Source: a virus. From it: a DNA stretch of 64,000 bases. The position numbers and the translations under genes were made by a program. Within the stretch, counting starts at the first letter, position 1. The number at the start of each line of letters is the position of its first letter. The notes under the pieces were generated by a model, which saw only the letters and a list, made by a program, of their open reading frames with translations, ran no database searches and had not been told where the DNA came from. Positions 19,071 through 27,979 of the stretch are shown in pieces. The DNA lies in IMG/VR virus record IMGVR_UViG_3300023184_000030, positions 96,001-160,000 of that record, one strand, 5' to 3'.

Positions 19071-19799
19071 ATGACAAAGAGCATAAGTCCTGTATGGTTC
19101 CTTAGAGAGCCTATAGATCCAGAGCACAAAGAGTATGTGCTATTAGATTACTTAAAAGAAACGAGTAAGAGGTTAAACAAGGAAAATTGTTACCCTATAA
19201 TGAAGGAAATCTCCAAGATAGTAAAAATACTAAACGAATTTAGGAAGGATAAAACAATTAGTGAATCCGTCAAGAAGTCGCTGGGAAAGGTGGACAGAGA
19301 CTATATCAATTCTTTCGTCTTTAAGGATCTTTTACCCGGTCAAAAGGAAACCCTAGATCTTATAATAGAAGACTCTCTGGAGACATTGTATGACTATTCC
19401 GAGATATGTTTAGATATCTTAAAGGAGGAAGAATCTAAAATAAAAATATTCCGGATTCAATCCAAATTTGATAATGAGGATAATCTTGTAAATTCAGGAA
19501 TAGTTATCATCAGAAATATGGTAACTGATAAACTACTTAATTATTTCTTTAAATCAAATGTCAGAATGGAAACACCAGATGGAGACAAGGAGGTTTCAAT
19601 TTTAAAGAAGATACATTTAAAAAATTCATTCTTCTCATTGAACTATGAGTATATCTACCATGAGATCCTAAATGAGATCAACACAGATAACAAATATTCG
19701 CCCAAATTCTATGTTGTTGAGATATATGAGAACTTCGAGGAAACATCTGAGATCTACAAGTTAGCCAAAGAAAAATTCATAGAACATATAGGAGTATAA
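19071..19799 (+). CDS. Hypothetical protein; only plus-strand gene in the window
   Basis: 242 aa with no competing minus-strand ORF; GAATATATA at 19033-19041 upstream; bidirectional terminator downstream. Confidence 0.75.
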   Translation: MTKSISPVWFLREPIDPEHKEYVLLDYLKETSKRLNKENCYPIMKEISKIVKILNEFRKDKTISESVKKSLGKVDRDYINSFVFKDLLPGQKETLDLIIEDSLETLYDYSEICLDILKEEESKIKIFRIQSKFDNEDNLVNSGIVIIRNMVTDKLLNYFFKSNVRMETPDGDKEVSILKKIHLKNSFFSLNYEYIYHEILNEINTDNKYSPKFYVVEIYENFEETSEIYKLAKEKFIEHIGV

Positions 19800-19806
19800 G
19801 GATCAC

Positions 19807-19833
19807 AAAAAAAGAGCCAATAGGCTCTTTTTT
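19807..19833. terminator. Bidirectional terminator between convergent genes
   Basis: AAAAAAAGAGCC-AATA-GGCTCTTTTTT. Confidence 0.8.
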
Positions 19834-19851
19834 ATTATAGGGTTATTCCTT

Positions 19852-20199
19852 TTAGAAATCCTTTAGCCTAGTTATAGATGAATCAATATTTAATGATTCG
19901 CTGGCATCCATATTAAAAATGCCACCTACACCTGGCGCATCAACAATACCTGTTTTATCACTTCCCATATTTATTCTATAACCCGGTGCATCTATTTTAG
20001 ATTGCTTACCGAAAACAGAATCTGCGTATCCCGCATAATCGTATGCTGGTTCTCTTTTTATTTCTGATTGGCCTGATTTTGGTGACATCTCGCCTGACTG
20101 GTTTTCACCCGAGAGAGGCTTATATGTGTTATCATGCACTTTTGAAAGGAATTTCTTAAAATCTAAGATTTCTCTTTGCGATACGTTTTGTATATTCAT
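19852..20199 (-). CDS. Hypothetical protein, possible internal head protein
   Basis: EILDFKKFL and ITRLKDF motifs. Confidence 0.55.
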   Translation of the reverse strand: MNIQNVSQREILDFKKFLSKVHDNTYKPLSGENQSGEMSPKSGQSEIKREPAYDYAGYADSVFGKQSKIDAPGYRINMGSDKTGIVDAPGVGGIFNMDASESLNIDSSITRLKDF

Positions 20200-20215
20200 G
20201 GTTTATTTTTTAATA

Positions 20216-20878
20216 TTAAGATTCTTTTTTTCCAGACAAAGAATTCCAGAAAGTTGAAAGGTAATCCATTGCTCCCGCGCTATTTCCTGATTTAGTTGAG
20301 TTACTAGGTTTACCATAGAATTGTGCGGCCTTATCTTTTGCAATACTTGAAAGCTGTGCTTTATCGCTAGGATTCAGGGATGCTAAAGCGTCTCTTCCAA
20401 CAGATCCTTTTGCTCCAGGACCTCCGAATGCTTCTATTAGTGCATTTTCTATTATCATTCTTCCTTTATCCGATTGTAACCCCTCTCTTAATGTAGAGTA
20501 AAGCCATCCTGTAGGTTTTATACCCATTTGTGTAGCTAGAGTATCTAAACCTTTTCTTTGTATAAATTCCTGTAAAGCTTTTGCCATCATTGGTGCAAGG
20601 TATTCAACGTTAGCTTTTTCCCCTGTTAATAATTTAGGGTAATCTTCAATAGGAATCTGGTCTATAACTTCCTGTACGATAACAGACATATTAGAGTTTT
20701 CTTCAACCCCTATCTGCTCCATTAATTTAGCAGCAACCTTTTGTTTTATAGTTTTTCTGAGGCCCTCACCAGCAAATCCGAGTAAGCCATTAAAAAATCC
20801 ACCCAGATCGCTGAACTGGAATGATTCGTTTGTTTCTTCGTCAGAAAATGCATCAAAATCTTTAATAATTCTAGACAT
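20216..20878 (-). CDS. Hypothetical protein, possible internal head protein
   Basis: MSRIIKDFDAFSDEETNES N-terminus; late motif at 20899-20906. Confidence 0.6.
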   Translation of the reverse strand: MSRIIKDFDAFSDEETNESFQFSDLGGFFNGLLGFAGEGLRKTIKQKVAAKLMEQIGVEENSNMSVIVQEVIDQIPIEDYPKLLTGEKANVEYLAPMMAKALQEFIQRKGLDTLATQMGIKPTGWLYSTLREGLQSDKGRMIIENALIEAFGGPGAKGSVGRDALASLNPSDKAQLSSIAKDKAAQFYGKPSNSTKSGNSAGAMDYLSTFWNSLSGKKES

Positions 20879-20936
20879 CTATGTTCTTTTATTTTAACTA
20901 TATATCCACAGAAGAATTATTAATCCAAGGAGTATA

Positions 20937-22343
20937 TTATACGTTGTCCAGAAAAAGATCCACAGCTTTTTGTCTATATTTAAGCTTATCCTCCTTAATC
21001 TCTGGATTTTTTAATGCCTCTTTCTTTCTATTAACAACTGAGTCCGGAAGCATTGGACCAAATGTGTCCTTTAGTATCTTTTTATCAGTTCTCCATTCGA
21101 GGGGAAGATGTAGAGCAAATCTAACTATATCAAGATTTAAGAAAGGACTTCTTAGCTCCAGTGTATGAGCCATTGACATCTTATCTAATCGGGGTAAGTG
21201 ATAATATGGTAACTCCTCAAATACATCAGACTGCTGTGAGTCATATTCATGTATTCTTGAATATCCTCCAAATAGCTCATCCGATCCGTCGCCACTTAAA
21301 ACTATCCTATAACCAGATTCTTTCTTAACTGCCTCGAATAAATGATACTGTGGGATCACTGAGCCTAAATCCACCGGTGTTTCATTCCATAGCGTGTATA
21401 TAAGAGCATTCTTACTTGAATCCATACTATAGTCTAGAAAATTGACAGGAGTGCTTAAATGGGCGCTTAAATCATTTACAAACGGGGTTTCTCCATTCTC
21501 TATAGTAAACCAGGTAACCCTGGCATTCATTTCTTTTAATACCCCTGCTATAATCGAAGAATCGAGACCTCCTGATACCAAAAGTGATATTGGATAGTTC
21601 TTAGAAACAAGTCTATTTTTTACACTCTCAAACATCTTATCCCATAGCCAACTCATATGGGTTTCATAATCCGCACCTTCTAGTTCGGATATCGGGGATT
21701 CCCAAGTTCTATAGTAAGGGCCATACGTTTGTTCAAATAGGGGTGATGCTATATTATAAAAATAAAAGGTGTTAGGAAGGATTCTTTTAATCGATTTAAT
21801 CGGTGTTCTGTTGTCCTTATTGTAACCCCATTTTCTGATAGCACTTATATAGGTTTCGTCTAACTCATCCAGTACCGTGGTAAGACCTTTAATCTCTGAA
21901 CAGATCTCCCCCAGGTCGTTTTTATAAAGGCATTTTTTTCCCAAAGGATCTGTGAATGCAATCACACTCCCTTTATTTGAGTCGTATATTACAACTGCCC
22001 AAAATCCATCCCAAGTTTGTATGTGTGGTGAATATGCAGCAGCAAAGAATTCCAGATTACCCCCTTTATAGCCACTGAATAAACTACATAGATATTCGGT
22101 ATCAGAGGAGAATGTAGTTCTGTCATAATTAAATATTTCCCCATTAAACATCAAATATACACCAGGTGAAACTTCCCTTGGCTGATTCCATTCATCTCCA
22201 TCGGAGGTCTGAATTGGCAATCTATGATGGCATAAGGTAACCTTATCAAGTTCCTCCACAGATCTTTCTATCCCTCTGTGTTTTATTGTATCCAAAATTT
22301 CCGGATGCTTATCCGCTCTAGTTGTTAATAGTATTCCGCACAT
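20937..22343 (-). CDS. asnB: Asparagine synthetase B-like glutamine amidotransferase
   Basis: N-terminal MCG (Ntn Cys), HRG, FNGEIFNY, SGGLDSS PP-loop, LSGDGSDELFGGY, LDKMSMAHTLELRSPFL. Confidence 0.9.
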   Translation of the reverse strand: MCGILLTTRADKHPEILDTIKHRGIERSVEELDKVTLCHHRLPIQTSDGDEWNQPREVSPGVYLMFNGEIFNYDRTTFSSDTEYLCSLFSGYKGGNLEFFAAAYSPHIQTWDGFWAVVIYDSNKGSVIAFTDPLGKKCLYKNDLGEICSEIKGLTTVLDELDETYISAIRKWGYNKDNRTPIKSIKRILPNTFYFYNIASPLFEQTYGPYYRTWESPISELEGADYETHMSWLWDKMFESVKNRLVSKNYPISLLVSGGLDSSIIAGVLKEMNARVTWFTIENGETPFVNDLSAHLSTPVNFLDYSMDSSKNALIYTLWNETPVDLGSVIPQYHLFEAVKKESGYRIVLSGDGSDELFGGYSRIHEYDSQQSDVFEELPYYHLPRLDKMSMAHTLELRSPFLNLDIVRFALHLPLEWRTDKKILKDTFGPMLPDSVVNRKKEALKNPEIKEDKLKYRQKAVDLFLDNV

Positions 22344-22349
22344 GTTTTT

Positions 22350-22910
22350 TTAATTAAAAAGTATATCTTCAAACATTGAGTCTATATTGCTCACTGATTG
22401 GTCGTCGAATTTATTTGTAAATGCCCATATCTTATGTAGTCCAGCTTCTTGAAACATTGATATTACTTTCTCATAAGTAGCTCTTTCCCTCGTGTCGCCA
22501 TCTATATGATCCCACTGATCTTTACTTCTATCTGACTTGTCTGGATTTTCCCCATTTATATAAATGATAGTGATCTCGTGAAGAAGCGAGTATTTCTTCA
22601 ATATCTCTATTTGATTCTTAGCTTCTTCCTCAGTTATTCTACCCTCGAGCAATCCCCACACTAAGACAGTTAATATTCCTCTGTCGTGTATGAACGATCC
22701 CTGAGGTATGTCTTTTGCTAACTGCATAAGCATAAATTCTTTGCCCAATGAAAATGCATGGGCTTCTTTGCTATCCTCGCTTTTTAGATTTAGATCGCTA
22801 AAGAAATTAGCAAACTTAAACTGAAATCTTGGAATATGAAAATATTCTGAGATATGCTCAGATAAAAATGTCTTGCCTGAATTTCTTGGACCTTCAAATA
22901 CGTATACCAT
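22350..22910 (-). CDS. Nucleoside monophosphate (thymidylate kinase-like) kinase
   Basis: VYVFEGPRNSGKT P-loop and IHDRG; start moved to ATG 22908-22910 because the track start (22955) overlaps the promoter. Confidence 0.7.
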   Translation of the reverse strand: MVYVFEGPRNSGKTFLSEHISEYFHIPRFQFKFANFFSDLNLKSEDSKEAHAFSLGKEFMLMQLAKDIPQGSFIHDRGILTVLVWGLLEGRITEEEAKNQIEILKKYSLLHEITIIYINGENPDKSDRSKDQWDHIDGDTRERATYEKVISMFQEAGLHKIWAFTNKFDDQSVSNIDSMFEDILFN

Positions 22911-22952
22911 ATATTTCTTTCTATAGCGGAACACCACACATGTTCCACATAG

Positions 22953-22974
22953 CAAATATAATAAATTAGTACGG
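22953..22974 (-). promoter_or_regulatory. Bacteroidota-type -7 promoter: CCG-N11-TATATTTG
   Basis: TAnnTTTG is the established Bacteroidota housekeeping -7 element; same architecture at four sites. Confidence 0.65.
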
Positions 22975-22984
22975 AAAAAGCACG

Positions 22985-23017
22985 AAAAACCCCGATCTTT
23001 ATTAGAATCGGGGTTTT
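22985..23017 (-). terminator. Rho-independent terminator
   Basis: Stem AAAACCCCGAT/ATCGGGGTTTT right after the 23020 stop. Confidence 0.75.
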
Positions 23018-23019
23018 AT

Positions 23020-25497
23020 TTATTTTGCTTCAATATTAACGCATTTGAAAGGTGATTGCTGCGGTATCTCATCGAATGAAGTTGAATTCATTCTTTTGAC
23101 ATGCGTTGCTATGCTAGGATAAATGTCAGCAGCTATATAATAGCAGTTATTACCTAGAATATTTTTTATTCCGCTATCAGATCCTTTCATGTTACCTAAT
23201 ATGCCAATTCCATCAAGCGAAGATGACATCTGCCTTTTGGATGTAGTTTTCTTTTTCTTAATATCATCATATTCTCCTACGATGATTTTAGATCCCTCAT
23301 AAGTTAATAGGGGTCCGCTGTCTGAGTCATCTTCAGTTAGACCGAATATACTATCTTTAGATATTCTTTTAGCTGTAGAAGCGCCTAAAACATTATCATT
23401 GATCCATTTTATACAGCTTACGAATTTGCTTCCGTCAAAGGTAACACAGTTAGCTATCATTACAAGGAAGTTGTTAATAGCAACAAATTCCTCTTTACCT
23501 AAATCTGGACTTCTATCACTTTTTTGTAAAGCGATGTTAAAAGCTCTAGATATGTCGCCCTTAAGATTATCGTAATCTATAAAAGGAATTTCTTTATTCT
23601 TGATAGACGATTCCATCATTTCAAAAGGTCCAGAAAGATCTAGATCATCGTTATCTGAATTTTTACTAATTAATTGTTTTATACCATCATATCTAAACTG
23701 GGGTCTAATCATACCGAACGTTGTCCAACCTTTAAGATAATTTCTAAGAAATTCAGTTGCGTCTTCGTTGCCTAATGTTTTAATTTGTCTAGCCTCTGTC
23801 CATTTGTTCCAGTTGCATGGGGTTTTTAATGATGATGATCCTAGGTTGATATTATAAACTGCACCTTTAGAAAAGAAATATGAGAATTCTTCCGCTGGTT
23901 TAGCTTTATCTAAAGCTAGATTCCAATCTTTTATAAATTCTGTGCTGTAGGATGATTTAAGAGATCCATCCTGCTTAATAAAATCATCAGACTCTACTTT
24001 TATATTATATTCAGATCTAAGTTTTTTAGCTAATCCACGTACTCCTGAAGCTGATTTTGCATCAGATGATCCTGATGATTTTTCTGGAGATGCTACTGCT
24101 CCTTGAGCTTTATATTGAACAGCTAACTCCTTTTCAAAATCAGAATTGTTGATAGTGATTTTACCCTCATTAACACTAGAGAATAATTCAGAAATACTTT
24201 TAACATAACCCGAATTAGATGTGCTTTCATGCATTTTTGTTCCTATCGTATGCAAAGCTGTATTGATAGCTTTTCTATTCTTATCTGAAACCCAATCTGA
24301 AGCAATTATATCAGTTAATAATGCTTGGTCTATCTGACCGCTTGCATTTTTATTACCTGATAATTTTTGGATAGTTGAGATAACAGAAGTTGTAGCTGGA
24401 CCATATTTTCCATTAGGACCTCCTTTAGATTTTATCAGCTTACCTGCAGAAGTTATACCGTCACAAAGTGCAGTTTGAATAGCAAAGATTAATCCGCTTC
24501 CTTTTATCTTCTTATCAGAATCTGCATCCCCTCTTTTTAAAGGAAAAATTGCTTTAGCAGTTTCCACTTCTTTAACCTCATTTTCATCCTTGATAACCTT
24601 AACAGCTATCCCGTACTGTGTCTTTGCTCTAGTCATAAGATCTAGTGCTTGATTAACTAAATTAGTAACGTCGGAATACGTTGTATAAACTTCTTCGTCA
24701 TCCTCTAACTTTTGTAGAGATCTATTTGCTGTTTGAATCATAGTGTTGTTAAATTCTTCCTGAAATTTATCAACTTGCTTTTCTAATTCTTCAAGCATTT
24801 TTCTATTCTTGTCTCCACCATCTGTATTATCTAAAGCCTTTCTTTTCTCGTCAAGATCTAGAAATGTTCTTTTCCAATCTCTTCCATATCCTGATTTTTG
24901 ATCTTTACCCTCGGAAGAACTTATTAGATTGGTAAGTAATTTTTTTAGATTATCAACTCTTCTTTTATAACCAGTGAAAATAGATTCATTTAACATATCA
25001 TCAGAATCAAATCCTTCGCTGTCATTTAGCTTCTTAGCTTCTTCTTCTGCTTGTTTAGCTATGTTGTCTATCGAATTCTGAAGTTTAGTTGTAGCCATCT
25101 TAAACTGCTTAAATATAACCTCATCTTTAGATTTAGAAATTTCTGAAGTTCTATCAAGTGCTTCAGCAAATTTATGTAAGCTCTCAAGATACAGTCTTTT
25201 AGCTTCTGCATATTTAGAATTTGCTAAATCATTATCGTCTGCATAGTCGATCAATTTAGCGGTTAAAGATTTTACCGTTTTAGAACTTGCAACATCGGAA
25301 AGCTTAAGCCTGATAACATCTGGATTTCTATCCCTTTTTGGAGCCAAATCAAAGGTTAATATCTTGAAAGCATTTAAAGCATTATCACAAACCTTAACAA
25401 GCAAAGAATCTACTTGTTCATTTTCTAATAGCCTAGTATAATATCCTTCCAATAGCTGTTTAGCTACCTGATTGTGGATGTATGGATTATTGTTCAT
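23020..25497 (-). CDS. Large coiled-coil virion protein with a peptidoglycan-binding-like (PG_binding_1) segment
   Basis: FPLKRGD...IFAIQTAL...PNGKYGPATTSVISTIQK..ASGQIDQAL; several L/V-x-E sites (LLEN, MLNES, VNEG). Confidence 0.55.
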   Translation of the reverse strand: MNNNPYIHNQVAKQLLEGYYTRLLENEQVDSLLVKVCDNALNAFKILTFDLAPKRDRNPDVIRLKLSDVASSKTVKSLTAKLIDYADDNDLANSKYAEAKRLYLESLHKFAEALDRTSEISKSKDEVIFKQFKMATTKLQNSIDNIAKQAEEEAKKLNDSEGFDSDDMLNESIFTGYKRRVDNLKKLLTNLISSSEGKDQKSGYGRDWKRTFLDLDEKRKALDNTDGGDKNRKMLEELEKQVDKFQEEFNNTMIQTANRSLQKLEDDEEVYTTYSDVTNLVNQALDLMTRAKTQYGIAVKVIKDENEVKEVETAKAIFPLKRGDADSDKKIKGSGLIFAIQTALCDGITSAGKLIKSKGGPNGKYGPATTSVISTIQKLSGNKNASGQIDQALLTDIIASDWVSDKNRKAINTALHTIGTKMHESTSNSGYVKSISELFSSVNEGKITINNSDFEKELAVQYKAQGAVASPEKSSGSSDAKSASGVRGLAKKLRSEYNIKVESDDFIKQDGSLKSSYSTEFIKDWNLALDKAKPAEEFSYFFSKGAVYNINLGSSSLKTPCNWNKWTEARQIKTLGNEDATEFLRNYLKGWTTFGMIRPQFRYDGIKQLISKNSDNDDLDLSGPFEMMESSIKNKEIPFIDYDNLKGDISRAFNIALQKSDRSPDLGKEEFVAINNFLVMIANCVTFDGSKFVSCIKWINDNVLGASTAKRISKDSIFGLTEDDSDSGPLLTYEGSKIIVGEYDDIKKKKTTSKRQMSSSLDGIGILGNMKGSDSGIKNILGNNCYYIAADIYPSIATHVKRMNSTSFDEIPQQSPFKCVNIEAK

Positions 25498-25511
25498 AAT
25501 TTATTAATCTT

Positions 25512-25796
25512 TTAGTATATATTTTCTTTAGGTCCAGCAGCATTCTTACCAGTATTACTCTTTTGTATTTCAGCTGAAAGGCTTTTCATCAAAACGGATA
25601 TTTCCTGATATATCCCTGCTTGTTGATTTATACTTGCTATCTCTGAAGCAGTATCTCCAGGTTTTTTAGAATCCTTAGCACTTTTAATTGCATCAAATTT
25701 TTGGGAAAGAGTTGTTTTTATTCCCTGTACTTTGGTTTCCCCACTGTCTTCCTCATTAACAAGGAATTCTCTAAATTTAAGCATATTTTCTAGCAA
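25512..25796 (-). CDS. Small probable internal head protein
   Basis: MLKFREFLVNEE N-terminus. Confidence 0.6.
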   Translation of the reverse strand: MLENMLKFREFLVNEEDSGETKVQGIKTTLSQKFDAIKSAKDSKKPGDTASEIASINQQAGIYQEISVLMKSLSAEIQKSNTGKNAAGPKENIY

Positions 25797-26715
25797 TTGT
25801 TATTTTGGATCTTAGATCTCTTATTTCATCCATATATTTCTCTCTGATCTCCTTTATTCTTTTCGAAGCTAATTCTCTTGCTTCCTCCGGAGTAGTTGAG
25901 TTTTCAACTTCTTTATTTAGAATATCCCTTTCCATATCCATAGCAACATATCTGTCATTTCTCTCTTTTAAAAGGAAGGAAACAAGTTTCTTTGCTTGGG
26001 CAGGAATGTATCCCTTTATAGCATTTGTAAATTCGGTCAAAGGAAGTTTAGCAATAAATTCAAACGAAGCATCGCTTTCATTTCCTGATTTAGTGGAATT
26101 ATCTGTTCCGGTGGTAGATCTAGTTGATCTTGATCTATCCTTAAATCTCTCGCCTGACTCAATGTCCTTAGTCATTAAGTTACCATACCTATTTCTGAAG
26201 TCAGTATCCTTTTGCTTAGCTTTTAGAACTGCTGCTTTGTACTTAGCATATAGTGATCCGGAAAGTGATGAATCGGCTAGATTTTTAGCTCTTTTGTACA
26301 TCTCCTCAGCTATATCAGCATCAACGTTTGTTTTAAGTTTCTCCCAATATATTCTAACTCTTTTATTCTCGCTTACCACATCTCTAACCTTAGTGAATAT
26401 GCTTTCAGTCCTCTTCTCATGGGATCTAGACTGAGCATCCATTAACTCGTTATTTCTTTGAATCAAACGATCAATTCTTTTTATCTCTGCAGGATCGCTT
26501 TTAGTTTGAGATCTTTCCAGATCTAATTTATCGATCTCAACATTAATATCTTCCCATTTTTCAACATATTCAATCTCTGCTGATCTATACTCATTAGCTA
26601 ATTTATCTAATGAATCTATACTGCCACCAAAAGTGCCACTCAACCAGTTTTTTATCTTGTCAAATACACCAGCTTCGTTTAAGCTGTCCCATTCTTTAAA
26701 TTTTAAAGTCATCAT
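25777..26715 (-). CDS. Coiled-coil probable internal head protein
   Basis: MTLKFKEWDSLNEAG N-terminus; resembles neighbour 26715..27863. Confidence 0.6.
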   Translation of the reverse strand: MMTLKFKEWDSLNEAGVFDKIKNWLSGTFGGSIDSLDKLANEYRSAEIEYVEKWEDINVEIDKLDLERSQTKSDPAEIKRIDRLIQRNNELMDAQSRSHEKRTESIFTKVRDVVSENKRVRIYWEKLKTNVDADIAEEMYKRAKNLADSSLSGSLYAKYKAAVLKAKQKDTDFRNRYGNLMTKDIESGERFKDRSRSTRSTTGTDNSTKSGNESDASFEFIAKLPLTEFTNAIKGYIPAQAKKLVSFLLKERNDRYVAMDMERDILNKEVENSTTPEEARELASKRIKEIREKYMDEIRDLRSKITIARKYA

Positions 26716-27863
26716 TAGTTATTTAGTTTATCTTTTGCTGATCTTAATTTACCAGCGTCAATTTTACCGGTGGGTGTAACAAATACATCAGAAATTATTT
26801 TCTTGGTTCCAGAGTTTGCATCTTCACCATCAACTATTCCTTGATTTATCATATTGGTTAACTTGGTAAACTCCTGCTCCTTGCTTAATTTTTTATCTAT
26901 ATCTGATTCAGTTTTACCTAGGTCTCTGAATAATTTCAATAGATTTTTTTTAGAATCTAAGGCTGAGCTAAGTTCAAGCAATTCAATCTTAGACCTTTCT
27001 ACGTAAGATTTACTAACTTTATCAGGGTTAGCTTTTATTCTTTTTTCTAAAGTTGTCAATTTCCTTTCGATGTCTGCTCTTAAATCAGCAATATCTTTTT
27101 CTAGTTCTTTTTTTCTATCAATGATATCCTTGCCTCTTCTTCCAGCAACCTTTCTCTTTTCCTTCTCAGGATCTAACGAAAGATCATCAGAATTATCCGA
27201 TTCTGGTCCTTCTTCCGATTTGGATTTTTTATCCATTTGGTCTTTTAGATCTTGAGCTTTTTCTTCTGCCTCTTTCTTCTTCTCCTTAATCTTCTCTTCG
27301 AATTTTTTGATATCCGAATCATCAGCTCTATCCTTAGCTAATTTGTATTCAAGTTCAGCTAATGCAATTTCGTCATCTGCTCTTGCTGCTTCGAAATATT
27401 CTCTTCTTCTAGGATTATTTTCAATGACCTTGTTTATGTAATCCTTTGCTTTCTTTATCTTAAGAGCATGAGACTTTAGGAAGGATTCAAACTCTCTTAT
27501 TTTACTGTCTCTATCTTTCTCAACAGCGTTTATTTTTTCTTTATCGTTTATCGAACTTAAACCATCTATCTCAGAATCCAATTTCTCTACGCTTTCATCA
27601 AAAGCATCCCTCTTTTCTATAATATCAATTTCTAAGTCTACCAGAAGTTTTCTAGCCTTATCAATCATACCAACTCTAGATAAAGAGCCTAAGAAAAATT
27701 TAGAAAGAGAATTCTTAAGGTAGTCTCCGAAGATTCCTTCGTTTATTGTGTGGTTAGGTTCTGCTGCTTCTAAAGAAGCAAACTCCTCACTAAGTTCACG
27801 GTCTACAGTTTCTATTAGAGACTCGTATTTTTTAAAATCATTAAAAGATGGTAAATTCTTCAT
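26715..27863 (-). CDS. Coiled-coil probable internal head protein
   Basis: MKNLPSFNDFKKYESLIE N-terminus; late motif at 27890-27897. Confidence 0.6.
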   Translation of the reverse strand: MKNLPSFNDFKKYESLIETVDRELSEEFASLEAAEPNHTINEGIFGDYLKNSLSKFFLGSLSRVGMIDKARKLLVDLEIDIIEKRDAFDESVEKLDSEIDGLSSINDKEKINAVEKDRDSKIREFESFLKSHALKIKKAKDYINKVIENNPRRREYFEAARADDEIALAELEYKLAKDRADDSDIKKFEEKIKEKKKEAEEKAQDLKDQMDKKSKSEEGPESDNSDDLSLDPEKEKRKVAGRRGKDIIDRKKELEKDIADLRADIERKLTTLEKRIKANPDKVSKSYVERSKIELLELSSALDSKKNLLKLFRDLGKTESDIDKKLSKEQEFTKLTNMINQGIVDGEDANSGTKKIISDVFVTPTGKIDAGKLRSAKDKLNN

Positions 27864-27930
27864 TACAATACAATACTTTTTTTACATTGTATATATCCAA
27901 TTTATATTTTCATTCTTAACCAGCAAGCAC

Positions 27931-27961
27931 AAAAAAACCCTAGGATAAATCCTAGGGTTTT
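27931..27961 (-). terminator. Terminator after major capsid gene
   Basis: Stem AAAACCCTAGGA/TCCTAGGGTTTT with T-run. Confidence 0.8.
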
Positions 27962-27979
27962 AATTATGCGTGAGTTAGA

